64,000 nucleotides of DNA, from contig CAZLGP010000238.1 in the NCBI GenBank assembly GCA_964558905.1, positions 8,231 through 72,230 on the forward strand. Direction: 5' to 3'. Below, one piece after another: positions 55,501 through 63,170 of this stretch. Numbering within the stretch: position 1 is the stretch's first letter; each line of letters opens with the position of its first letter. The DNA is from an uncultured Thermoanaerobaculia bacterium. Lineage in GTDB: Bacteria; Acidobacteriota; Thermoanaerobaculia; Gp7-AA8. The translations under genes and the position numbers were made by a program. Under the pieces are notes generated by a model. It was given only the letters and a program-made list of their open reading frames with translations. It was not told the DNA's origin and ran no database searches.

Positions 55501-58026
55501 GAAGCGGTGACGGCGATCCAGAGCGACATGGCGGGCGACCCGCGACAGTTTTTCTATGGCGACAAGCGCGGCAACGTCGTTCGCGTCAGCGCGGGGCTGC
55601 AGACGCAGCGCTATCTGAAGGTCGAGGAGCAGGAGGAAGAGAGGAAGAAGGAGCGCGACGAGATGGCTGTCGCGAAGCAGAGCGGCGTGGCGGGCGGTGT
55701 GGTCCGCGCGCGCGCGGAAGGCTTCGCAATGGACGCGGCGCAGATGGCGCCTCCGCCGCCTCCCGCCCCGGTTTCGGCGCCGGCTGCGGTCGCGGAGTCC
55801 ATCACCGTCACGGGCGGCGAGGCCGCGAACGCGATCGAAGTCCAGGTGCGCAGCGACTTCCGCTCGACCGCCCTGTGGGTGCCGGACGTCGTCACCGATG
55901 CGAGCGGCACGGCGACGGTGAAGGTGAAGTACCCCGAGGCGCTGACGACGTGGCGGGCAACCGCGCGCGCGGCGAGCGCGGGGGCGCAGTTCGGCATGTC
56001 CTCTTCGACCACCCGGACGTCGATGCCGCTGCTCGTGCGGCTCCAGGGGCCGCGGTTCTTCGTCGCCGGCGACCGTGTCGTGATCTCGGCAGTGATGAAC
56101 AACAACACCGACGAGGCTCTGACGGTGACGCCGTCACTCGAGGTCGAAGGACTCTCCCTGCAGACGCGCACGCACGCGGCGGTGACTGTGCCCGCGCGTG
56201 GCGAAGCGCGAGCGGACTGGACGGTCATCGCCGAGAAGGCGGGTCCCGCGAAACTGCGTGTGACCGCGCGCTCGTCGCAGTACGGCGACGCGATGGAGAA
56301 GACCTTCGCCGTCTACGAGCACGGCATCGACAAGCTGATCGCGCGCTCCGGCAAGATGCGTGGCAACGAAGCGCTGATCCGCCTCGAGCTCCCCCGCGAG
56401 CGCCGCGCCACCGATCTCACCGTGCAGATCGCGCCGACGCTCGCCACGACCATGCTCGACGCGCTGCCGTATCTCATCGAGTTCCCGTACGGCTGCACCG
56501 AGCAGACGATGTCCCGCTTCCTCCCCGCGGTCGTCGTGGCCCGCACGATCGAGAAGCTCGGCCTCGGCCGGGCCCGCATCGCCGGGAAGGACCTCGACGC
56601 GGTGACGAAGGCCGGCATTGCGCGGCTGTACGACATGCAGCACGGCGACGGCGGCTGGGGCTGGTGGAAGGACGGCGACAGCGACCCGTTCATGACCGCG
56701 TACGTCGTGTGGGGCTTCGCCATCGCTCGCGACGCGGGGCTGAACATCGACGCCGGGCGCGTCGACCGCGCGGCGGAATGGCTCGAACGCAATCTCGTAC
56801 AGCGCGAAGGTGCCCATCACGATCAGACGTGGATCCTCCACGCGCTGTCCGCGTGGCGGAAGGCGCCGGGCGCGAATGCGCGCAAGGCATTCGACGACGT
56901 CTGGAAGAATCGCGAGAAGCTGAGCGCGTACTCGCGCGCGCTGCTCGCCCTGACCGCGCATCGCTGGGGCGACGCGGAGCGCGCGCGCGTCCTGATCCGC
57001 AATCTTGAGGACGGCGTGCGCATCGACAGGACGCCCGATCAGTCGGTATTGCTGAAGGGCGAAACGACGGCCTCGTCCAGGGGCCAGACAACGTCGGAGA
57101 CCATGCAGACCGCGTACTGGGGCGCGCGCGGCTTCTGGTGGCGCTGGCACGAGGGGCCGGTCGAGACGACGGCCTTCGCCCTGCAGGCGCTCGTCACCAT
57201 CGATCCCGAGAATCGCCTCGTCGAGCCGGTGATGAACTGGCTGGTGAAGAATCGCCGCGGGCGGCAGTGGAACAACACGCGCGACACGGCCATCGCGCTC
57301 TTGGCGATCAACGACTACCTCGAGCGCAGCGGCGAGCTCGCGGGTGACATCGCGTATGAGTTGTCGGTGAACGGGCGAGTCATCGCCACGAAGGCGTTGA
57401 CCGCGAAGGAAGTGCTCGACGCGCCGAGCCGCTTCGCCGTCGATCCTGGTGTGCTCACGGACACCACGCAGGAGATTCTCATCCGTCGCACGCGCGGAAA
57501 GGGGCCGATCTACTTTTCGGCCGAGGCGCGGTTCGTGTCGCTCGAGGAGCCGGTGAAGGCCGCCGGCAACGAGATCTTCGTCCGCCGCGAGTACTTCCGC
57601 CTGGCGCCGCGCCCGACGCTGCTCAAGGGCGTGCAGTACGACCGCCTCCCGCTGCGCGACCAGGAGTCGGTGAAGAGCGGCGAGCGGGTGGAGGTGGTCG
57701 TCACGATCGACTCGAAGAACGACTACAGCTATCTCGTGTTCGAGGATCTGAAGCCCGCCGGCTTCGAAGCCATAGAGCTGCAGAGCGGACTGCCGCTCTA
57801 TGCCCAGTCGCCGACGAAGGGCTCGGTCTGGGTCTATCAGGAGCTGCGCGATCGCAAGGTGGCGATGTTCGTCGATCAACTGCCGCAGGGCATCTGGGAG
57901 ATCCGCTACACGCTGCGCGCGGAAGTGCCCGGATCGTTCCACGCGCTGCCGCTGCTCGGCCAGGCGATGTACGTGCCGGACGTGCGGGCCAACGGGGACG
58001 AGGTGAGGGTACGGGTGGAGGACTGA
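52564..58026 (+). CDS. Bacterial alpha-2-macroglobulin family protein with intact thioester motif
   Basis: ATG at 52564 with signal peptide MRKILVLLLLSLTAAAP. N-terminal TPR-like region, MG domains, thioester FPYGCTEQTMSRF. ~1820 aa. Confidence 0.9.
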   Translation: MRKILVLLLLSLTAAAPQDSYQRLKADAEREYSEKSFRRAHQLYEQAAKLTLPEDERRWVDLRLADTAWRADAASPNEDPTERNAAREALLQFVGKWTHDRLWAEANESLGDLYAQHPWERNAGAAQPYYLAALDWWAGSSDLAVARRRYLDIVWKLTAEGVRWNVPREVLVNAVAIAETPKDRVRARWFLAQRIAMERTDASDERAFELLDEILAIGKTSDLYDDALHFYASTLAQRGDFAKALEIYRRIVAELPAGTSRFAEQARRAIAEILEPSVGVHVGGTFLPESEQEVFLTWRNVKSVRLALVSVDLTKDARYDERGQWTNLIATEGRPVVRQWTFDTNDTGEHKPGSDRLRLEPRLPLGAYVLTASAEGKSARTLVLVTDAHILVHAGASQTNIFVSDVITGEPIANARVHVWRRVGNDRFVERNAQTNAEGLARVEDGQRSGMTLVTVASGSRQAYHQFHDYSYGRRTEDQASWRIYAFTDRPAYRPGETVQWKMLARIRQNDDWVTPHGESLDYEIVDPRGQKVASGVAKLSAFGSFWSELALTDAMPLGVYHVNFKSKDQHRGAAQLFRLEEYKLPEFLVKVSTPEGTLYRTGDTIEATIDATYYFGGPVANATVEVVVHQSPFYRYWTPWREYSWYYDPHPTSYGGTIVKRETLQTDGNGRAVVRIDTPQDSGDMSYRIEARVVDASRREVRGEGSVRVMRQRYSVIAHPEHRVHRPGDSVSVDFKAMDANDKPVQATGTVTVLRRRNDREIRPVSGRIGTPRPRVDDEGILTTKVTTDAEGEATFTFTPKSVGYYVIRWTSTDGPRARDVITAETAVWVSERATTELGYRAGSLDIVVDKETMRTGETANVMIVAPNSGRWVLFSSSGDDLFDTRVLRMDGTVKLVQIPLTEKHIPNFFVTASSVFDVSVSTDTEQIVVPPVERFIDVEVETDREAYEPRQEGTVTITTRDVDGKPVAAEVGLSVSDEAVTAIQSDMAGDPRQFFYGDKRGNVVRVSAGLQTQRYLKVEEQEEERKKERDEMAVAKQSGVAGGVVRARAEGFAMDAAQMAPPPPPAPVSAPAAVAESITVTGGEAANAIEVQVRSDFRSTALWVPDVVTDASGTATVKVKYPEALTTWRATARAASAGAQFGMSSSTTRTSMPLLVRLQGPRFFVAGDRVVISAVMNNNTDEALTVTPSLEVEGLSLQTRTHAAVTVPARGEARADWTVIAEKAGPAKLRVTARSSQYGDAMEKTFAVYEHGIDKLIARSGKMRGNEALIRLELPRERRATDLTVQIAPTLATTMLDALPYLIEFPYGCTEQTMSRFLPAVVVARTIEKLGLGRARIAGKDLDAVTKAGIARLYDMQHGDGGWGWWKDGDSDPFMTAYVVWGFAIARDAGLNIDAGRVDRAAEWLERNLVQREGAHHDQTWILHALSAWRKAPGANARKAFDDVWKNREKLSAYSRALLALTAHRWGDAERARVLIRNLEDGVRIDRTPDQSVLLKGETTASSRGQTTSETMQTAYWGARGFWWRWHEGPVETTAFALQALVTIDPENRLVEPVMNWLVKNRRGRQWNNTRDTAIALLAINDYLERSGELAGDIAYELSVNGRVIATKALTAKEVLDAPSRFAVDPGVLTDTTQEILIRRTRGKGPIYFSAEARFVSLEEPVKAAGNEIFVRREYFRLAPRPTLLKGVQYDRLPLRDQESVKSGERVEVVVTIDSKNDYSYLVFEDLKPAGFEAIELQSGLPLYAQSPTKGSVWVYQELRDRKVAMFVDQLPQGIWEIRYTLRAEVPGSFHALPLLGQAMYVPDVRANGDEVRVRVED

Positions 58027-58028
58027 CG

Positions 58029-58070
58029 GTCACCAATCCTGAGCCGCGAAGACGGCGAAGGATCAACGGA
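58029..58070. repeat. Single copy of the ...CCTGAGCCGCGAAGACGGCGAAGGA... repeat
   Basis: gtcaccaatcctgagccgcgaagacggcgaaggatcaacgg. Confidence 0.8.
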
Positions 58071-58166
58071 GCCCTCACGATGAACCCGCTTGTGGGTAGG
58101 GTCGTGGCGGGGGCGCCATTGACCCTTCGTCGCTTCACTCCTCAGGGTTGACGGTTGGGTTGACGG

Positions 58167-58829
58167 TCAGGATGACAGGTCCGCGCGCCGCTCGAGGACG
58201 ACCATCGTTATGTCGTCGGTCGTCTCCAGCGCGTCCACGAGCTTGCGCGCCGAGGTCGTGTTCGCGAGCAGCTTCTTCAATCCCGCCACCCCCAGCTCCC
58301 CGTCCCCCACCACGGCCTCGGTCACGCCGTCGCTGTACAGCACGAGCGCGTCTCCTTCCGAAAGCCAGGTCGTCGACGTGCTCCATGAAGCCGAGGGCAG
58401 CACGCCGAGGATCGGGCCGGTGGACGCGACCTCTTCGATGGCGCCGGAGCGGCGAACGATCAGAGGCGGCGGATGTCCCGCGTTGGTCAGGGTGAGTTTG
58501 CCGTCGTCGCGCAGCCAGCCGATCACCGCGGTGGCGAAGCGATTGCTCGGGAGAAGCGGCGCAAGGAACTCGTGCAGGCGCTGAGTCGTGCGCGCGGGGT
58601 CGCATTCCGTCGACGCGCAGGACGCGATGCGGTGCTCGAGCTCCTCCTGGATCATGGCCATGACGATCGCGGCGGGCAGACCCTTGCCGGCGACGTCGCC
58701 GAGGGCGATCCAGAGTCGGTCGTCGTGGCGATGCGCGAAGTAGAAGTCGCCGGTGAAGGTGCGCGCGGCGCGGGAGACCGCCTGGATGTCAATCGTGGAG
58801 CTCACGACGCGATCGCGAACGGCTGGCAT
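58167..58829 (-). CDS. PP2C/SpoIIE-family serine phosphatase (stand-alone catalytic domain)
   Basis: ATG at 58829 (MPAVRDRVV). GDFYFAHRHDDRLWIALGDVAGKGLPAAIVMA ... TLTNAGHPPPLI ... LVLYSDGVTE. The ORF-track extension to 59567 overlaps the anti-sigma gene in another frame. Confidence 0.85.
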   Translation of the reverse strand: MPAVRDRVVSSTIDIQAVSRAARTFTGDFYFAHRHDDRLWIALGDVAGKGLPAAIVMAMIQEELEHRIASCASTECDPARTTQRLHEFLAPLLPSNRFATAVIGWLRDDGKLTLTNAGHPPPLIVRRSGAIEEVASTGPILGVLPSASWSTSTTWLSEGDALVLYSDGVTEAVVGDGELGVAGLKKLLANTTSARKLVDALETTDDITMVVLERRADLSS

Positions 58830-59671
58830 CGACGACAGGGCCGGTATCCTTTCTGCACCGCTTCCTCGGCCGCGCGAAAAGGGACACGATTTTCTTCGCG
58901 GATCCTCCTCGCGTCGCGGCAGGTGGGGAAGCAGACGATCTTCGTGGTCTTCGATCCGATGTAGCGGACGCCCTTCCGCCCGAGGTTCTCCAGAGCCTCG
59001 ACGTCGACGCCTTCGCGGCGGAGCATCTCCCGCTTCAGTGCCGGCCCGAAGGCGTATTGGCCGACGCCTCCGGTCGAGGGGACGACGCGGTGGCAGGGGA
59101 CGACGAACGGGATGGTGTTCTTCGCGCAGACGCTCCCGACCGCGCGCACGGCCCTGGGCCGGCCGACCTGGCGGGCGACCCATTCGTACGTGCGCACCTC
59201 GCCGCGCGGGATGCGCGTGAGCATGCCGAGGACGTCCCGCTCGAGGTCGGAGATCTCGTCGGTCCAGTCGACGCGCGGCTTGTCCACGCCCTCTCCTTGC
59301 AGCGCGGCGTGTACCTGTTTGCGGAGCGCCTCGGGAAGCGTTCCCGCCTTCAGCGTGCAGCCGCAACGCGCGGTGTACGCGGCATGGAATTCCTCGAACG
59401 TGCCCCGATGGATCATCCGGATGCCGCGTCCGGAGAAGGCGACCCATACGTCGTCGACCTGTTCGTAAGAATCGGCGAGGACGTCCCTGCACGAGCGCGG
59501 CGGCGCGGTCGCCAGCGACTTGATGCTGCGCGCGAGGTCGTCGACGTCGGCGACGGAGGCATCGCACGAGGGGCAGCTGCGGAGGTGCTCCTTGACCGCA
59601 CCGCGCTCCTCGGCCTGCAACTCGCCGGTGCGCAGGGCGTCGACACGGGTCAGCACGGATCTACACTGCAT
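58802..59671 (-). CDS. Fusion protein: zf-HC2 anti-sigma N-terminus + O6-alkylguanine-DNA alkyltransferase (MGMT) + Ada-type zinc finger
   Basis: MQCRSVLTRVDALRTGELQAEERGAVKEHLRSCPSC (HxxxCxxC). MGMT core IPRGEVRTYEWVARQVGRPRAVRAVGSVCAKNTIPFVVPCHRVV. C-terminus YIGSKTTKIVCFPTCRDARRIREENRVPFRAAEEAVQKGYRPCRRCQP. No TM segment. A TTG at 59677 is an alternative start. Confidence 0.8.
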   Translation of the reverse strand: MQCRSVLTRVDALRTGELQAEERGAVKEHLRSCPSCDASVADVDDLARSIKSLATAPPRSCRDVLADSYEQVDDVWVAFSGRGIRMIHRGTFEEFHAAYTARCGCTLKAGTLPEALRKQVHAALQGEGVDKPRVDWTDEISDLERDVLGMLTRIPRGEVRTYEWVARQVGRPRAVRAVGSVCAKNTIPFVVPCHRVVPSTGGVGQYAFGPALKREMLRREGVDVEALENLGRKGVRYIGSKTTKIVCFPTCRDARRIREENRVPFRAAEEAVQKGYRPCRRCQPFAIAS

Positions 59672-60281
59672 GGGCAACCCCCTTCTTTTCGAGAGCGTCC
59701 CGCAGCATCTTGAGGCTGCGGAACACTTTTCCGCGGAGCGACGACTCGGTCGCGCCGACGGTTCTCGCGATGTCCGCGTACGACATGTCCTCCATGAATC
59801 TGAGAACGATCAGTTCGCGCGCCTCGACAGGCAGCCCGGCCATGGCGTCGCGTAGGAGTTGGGCATCCTGCTGGCGCTCGAGGTCGGTCGAGCCTTGCTC
59901 GCGCACGAACGGCCCGAGGCGCCCGTCGTCGAAGGTGTCGAGCGGCTGCTCGAGCGCACGGGTCTTCGAGCGGCGCTTGTTGAGACAGAGGTTGCGCACC
60001 ATTTTGAAGAGCCACGGCCGCAGTGCGAGCGCGGCGCAGCGCGCCTCGTCGTACTGCCGGGTCAGCGCGCGGTGGGCGCGCAGCATCGCGTCCTGCACGA
60101 CTTCCTGCGCGTCGAACGCGTTCTGCAGGATGCCGTGAGCGTAGCCGTAGAGCGCGGGCTCGAAGCGGTCGATGAGCCGCTCGAGCGCACCCGGCTCGCC
60201 GCGATGGACCGAAACCGCGAGGTTCTCCTCGGAGACGTCCCGGAGAGCGACGGCGCTGCCGCCGGTCCATGAGTTCTTCAT
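59661..60281 (-). CDS. ECF (group IV) RNA polymerase sigma factor
   Basis: Trimmed to MKNSWTGG (ATG 60281). Region 2 FEPALYGYAHGILQNAFDAQEVVQDAMLRAHRAL. Region 4 ARELIVLRFMEDMSYADIARTVGATESSLRGKVFRSL. Confidence 0.9.
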   Translation of the reverse strand: MKNSWTGGSAVALRDVSEENLAVSVHRGEPGALERLIDRFEPALYGYAHGILQNAFDAQEVVQDAMLRAHRALTRQYDEARCAALALRPWLFKMVRNLCLNKRRSKTRALEQPLDTFDDGRLGPFVREQGSTDLERQQDAQLLRDAMAGLPVEARELIVLRFMEDMSYADIARTVGATESSLRGKVFRSLKMLRDALEKKGVAHAV

Positions 60282-60316
60282 GCTCACTCCAACACGGGCT
60301 ATCGCACTTTCGTTCG

Positions 60317-60420
60317 GGAGAAAGAGAAAAGGTAAAAGGTAAAAGAGAAAGGAGGCCGCCGTCTCGTTGCGCTGCGCTCGGTCCACTTTTCTCTTTTCTC
60401 TTTGACCTTTTCTCCTTTCG
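60317..60420. repeat. Hairpin of purine-rich simple repeats (GAGAAAAGG / CCTTTTCTC)
   Basis: ggagaaagagaaaaggtaaaaggtaaaagagaaaggagg ... cacttttctcttttctctttgaccttttctcctttcg, in the divergent sigma / ABC-F promoter region. Confidence 0.85.
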
Positions 60421-60448
60421 CCTGAATCGCTTATCGTTCAGGGCTTCG

Positions 60449-62317
60449 ATGCCCGAAGTCTTGCTCACTGCAGAATCGCTCACAAAATCCTACGGTTCCC
60501 GCCCGCTGTTCGAGAACCTCTCCTTCACCGTCTCCGACGGCGATCACATCGGGCTCGTCGGTCCGAACGGGTCGGGGAAGTCGACGCTGCTGAAGATCCT
60601 GGCGGGGACGGAGGATCCCGACTCGGGGACGCGCGCGCTGCGGAAGGGTCTGAGGATCGGTTATGTGCCTCAGGATGCGGTGTTTGCGCCGGGCAAGTCC
60701 GTCGAGGAGGTCCTCCTCGAGGCGCTGCACGACGCGGTCGCGCTCGACGACCACGAGAAGCATGGCCGCGTGGCGGTGGCCCTCGGTAAGGCCGGGTTTC
60801 CGGATCGCGAGCAGCAGACCGACGTGCTGTCGGGCGGCTGGCGTAAGCGTCTCGCGATCGCACGCGAGCTCGTGCGCGAGCCGGACGTTCTGCTCCTCGA
60901 TGAGCCGACGAATCACCTCGACGTCGAGGGCATCGTCTGGCTCGAGGGACTGCTGCGCAGCGAGCCTGAGGCATTCATCGTCGTCAGCCACGACCGCTAT
61001 TTCCTCGAGAATGTCACGAAGCGGATGCTCGAGCTGAACCGCGCCTACCCCGGCGGCCTGCTCCAGAGCGACGGGACGTACAGCGACCTCCTGGAACGGC
61101 GCGACGAGGTGCTGCGTAACGAGGCCGCGTATCAGGAGACCCTGGCGAATCTCGTCCGCCGCGAGATGGAGTGGCTCCGCCGCGGTCCGAAGGCGCGCAC
61201 GACGAAGGCGAAGGCGCGCATCCAGAACGCGGAGCGCCTGATCGACGACCTCGCCGACAGCCGCGATCGGGCGCAGTCGTTCAGCGCGGAGATCGAGTTC
61301 AACGCGTCGCAAAGGAAGACGAAACGACTCTGGTTCGGGCGCGGTCTCGCGAAGTCAGTTGGCGGTTGGCAGTTGGCGGTTGACGGGGAGCCGCCGCCCG
61401 CCCCCGATCTCTCCCGCCAACCGCCAACCGCCAACCGCCAACTCTTCAAAGACCTCGACATCCTCCTCACCCCCGGCTCCCGCCTCGGCGTTCTCGGGCC
61501 GAACGGCTCGGGCAAGACGACGCTGTTGCGCGTCATCGTGGGCGAGCTCGAGCCGGACGCGGGGACGATCGAGAAAGCCGACGGGCTGCGCATCGTCTAC
61601 TTCGAACAGAACCGCCAGTCGCTCGATCCGAGTGTGACGCTCAAGCGCGCGCTTGCGCCCGAGGGGGACAGCGTCGTGTACGGCGGCCGCGCGATTCACG
61701 TCGCGGGATGGGCGAAGCGCTTTCTGTTCCGGCCCGAGCAACTCGAGACCTCGGTGTCGCGACTGTCGGGAGGGGAGAAGGCGCGCATCGTCCTCGCGCG
61801 GCTCATGCTCCAGCCCGCGGACCTGCTGGTGATGGACGAGCCGACGAACGACCTCGACATCCCGACGCTCGACGTCCTCGAGGAATCCCTCATGGAGTTC
61901 CCGGGGGCACTCGTCCTCGTCACGCACGACCGCTATCTGCTCGACCGTGTCTCGACGCGCGTGCTCGCGTTGGACGGAAAGGGCGGCGCGGAGTATTTCG
62001 CCGATTTCTCGCAGGCGCTTCAGAGGTCAGAAGGCAGAGGGCAGAGGGCAGAAGCTCCTCCGCCCACGGGCGGTAGCCTGCCGGCAACGCAGAAGCCGAA
62101 ACGGCTCGGCTACCTGGAGCAGCGCGAGCTCGATGCGATGGAGGCCAACGTTCTCGCGGCAGAGGAGCGGCTGGAGGAGGCGAAGAGACGTGCGGAAGAT
62201 CCCGCCATCTCCTCCGACGCGAACGCATTACAGCAGCGCTACGCGGAGCTCAGTGGGGCGCAGGCGGAGGTGGATCGCCTTTACGCGCGGTGGGCGGAGT
62301 TGGAGGCGAAGGTGTAA
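60449..62317 (+). CDS. ABC-F family ATPase (Uup-like, C-terminal coiled coil)
   Basis: ATG at 60449. Two NBDs (GLVGPNGSGKSTLLKIL / LSGGWRKRLAIA; GVLGPNGSGKTTLLRV / LSGGEKARIVLA). C-terminal coiled coil. Confidence 0.9.
   Translation: MPEVLLTAESLTKSYGSRPLFENLSFTVSDGDHIGLVGPNGSGKSTLLKILAGTEDPDSGTRALRKGLRIGYVPQDAVFAPGKSVEEVLLEALHDAVALDDHEKHGRVAVALGKAGFPDREQQTDVLSGGWRKRLAIARELVREPDVLLLDEPTNHLDVEGIVWLEGLLRSEPEAFIVVSHDRYFLENVTKRMLELNRAYPGGLLQSDGTYSDLLERRDEVLRNEAAYQETLANLVRREMEWLRRGPKARTTKAKARIQNAERLIDDLADSRDRAQSFSAEIEFNASQRKTKRLWFGRGLAKSVGGWQLAVDGEPPPAPDLSRQPPTANRQLFKDLDILLTPGSRLGVLGPNGSGKTTLLRVIVGELEPDAGTIEKADGLRIVYFEQNRQSLDPSVTLKRALAPEGDSVVYGGRAIHVAGWAKRFLFRPEQLETSVSRLSGGEKARIVLARLMLQPADLLVMDEPTNDLDIPTLDVLEESLMEFPGALVLVTHDRYLLDRVSTRVLALDGKGGAEYFADFSQALQRSEGRGQRAEAPPPTGGSLPATQKPKRLGYLEQRELDAMEANVLAAEERLEEAKRRAEDPAISSDANALQQRYAELSGAQAEVDRLYARWAELEAKV
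61355..61443. repeat. Hairpin of tandem GGCGGTT / AACCGCC heptamers embedded in-frame in the ABC-F gene
   Basis: cagttggcggttggcagttggcggttgacgg ... cgccaaccgccaaccgccaaccgccaactc. Encodes VGGWQLAVDGEPPPAPDLSRQPPTAN between LAKS and RQLFKDL. Confidence 0.85.
62021..62054. repeat. Simple tandem repeat (GGCAGAG) inside the ABC-F coding sequence
   Basis: cagaggtcagaaggcagagggcagagggcagaag, encoding QRSEGRGQRAEA. Confidence 0.7.
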
Positions 62318-62594
62318 GTGCTACCCGGATGTCGCCTAAATGCATTCTGCCCCCTAAAGATGTATACCGTACGATACACCTGACGTTTCTCCTCGGCCAG
62401 GCGGAACGCGTCAAATGGGGGATCTGACCACGGACGGGCCATGCTCTCGCGGGCTCGGCGTAGCGCTTTTTCTTTCTCGGCCCGGCCCGCTCGAGACGGC
62501 GCAGGCGGAGGTGAATCGCCACTACGCGTGGGGCGCGGAGTTGCAGGAAAAGCTGTAGTCAGGAGCTCCTCGGCGCCGCGTACAATGCGCCGCC

Positions 62595-62963
62595 ATGACC
62601 AACAACCGTGTCAAATTCATTCGGCATGGAAATACCGAGATCCTGCGCATCGACTGGACCGACGCGATGGCCGAGGACATCCTCGCGGCCATGGAAGTAG
62701 CGAAGCGATCGATCGCCTCACGCCCACCGCGGTCCGTGAGGACGTTGACCCTCGTGTCGGGTGCGCGACTGGATCGGAGGGTAACGCAAGTCCTCAAGGA
62801 CTATGTCGCGCACAATAAGCCGTATGTGCTGGCCGGAGCGGTGGTGGGATTGAACGACCTGAAGACCGTGGTGTTCAACTTCGTCAATCGGGCCACCGGC
62901 CGCTCGCTGCGGGCCATGGGATCGGCAGAGGAGGCCATGGCCTGGCTGGCCGCGGCGGAATGA
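62595..62963 (+). CDS. STAS/SpoIIAA-like small protein (DUF3478-like)
   Basis: 122-aa ORF MTNNRVKFIRHGNTEILRIDWTDAM...VLAGAVVGLNDLKTVVFNFVNRATGRSLRAMGSAEEAMAWL. Family assignment from memory of similar stand-alone STAS-like proteins. Confidence 0.5.
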   Translation: MTNNRVKFIRHGNTEILRIDWTDAMAEDILAAMEVAKRSIASRPPRSVRTLTLVSGARLDRRVTQVLKDYVAHNKPYVLAGAVVGLNDLKTVVFNFVNRATGRSLRAMGSAEEAMAWLAAAE

Positions 62964-63170
62964 ACCTTCGTGGGTGCTTCTACGGAAGCTGGGAGAGGCC
63001 GAGCTTCTGTGCCATCAGCGAGTGGGTGCGACCCCGCACGGACGTCCCCTCCAGCGGCACGGTCGAGGGGAACGGCCTCGGGGGCTCTGCGCCGCCCGAA
63101 GCCGTGAACCCTCGAGATCATCCCTGAACGTGCCGTAAGGCGGAGCGACCAGCGCCGCCGGCCGTGCCGG

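Noticed and set aside
58830-59567. N-terminal extension of the PP2C ORF (58167..59567)
   Set aside because: It overlaps the anti-sigma/MGMT fusion gene in a different frame with an Arg/Pro-rich translation. The PP2C domain begins after the ATG at 58829.
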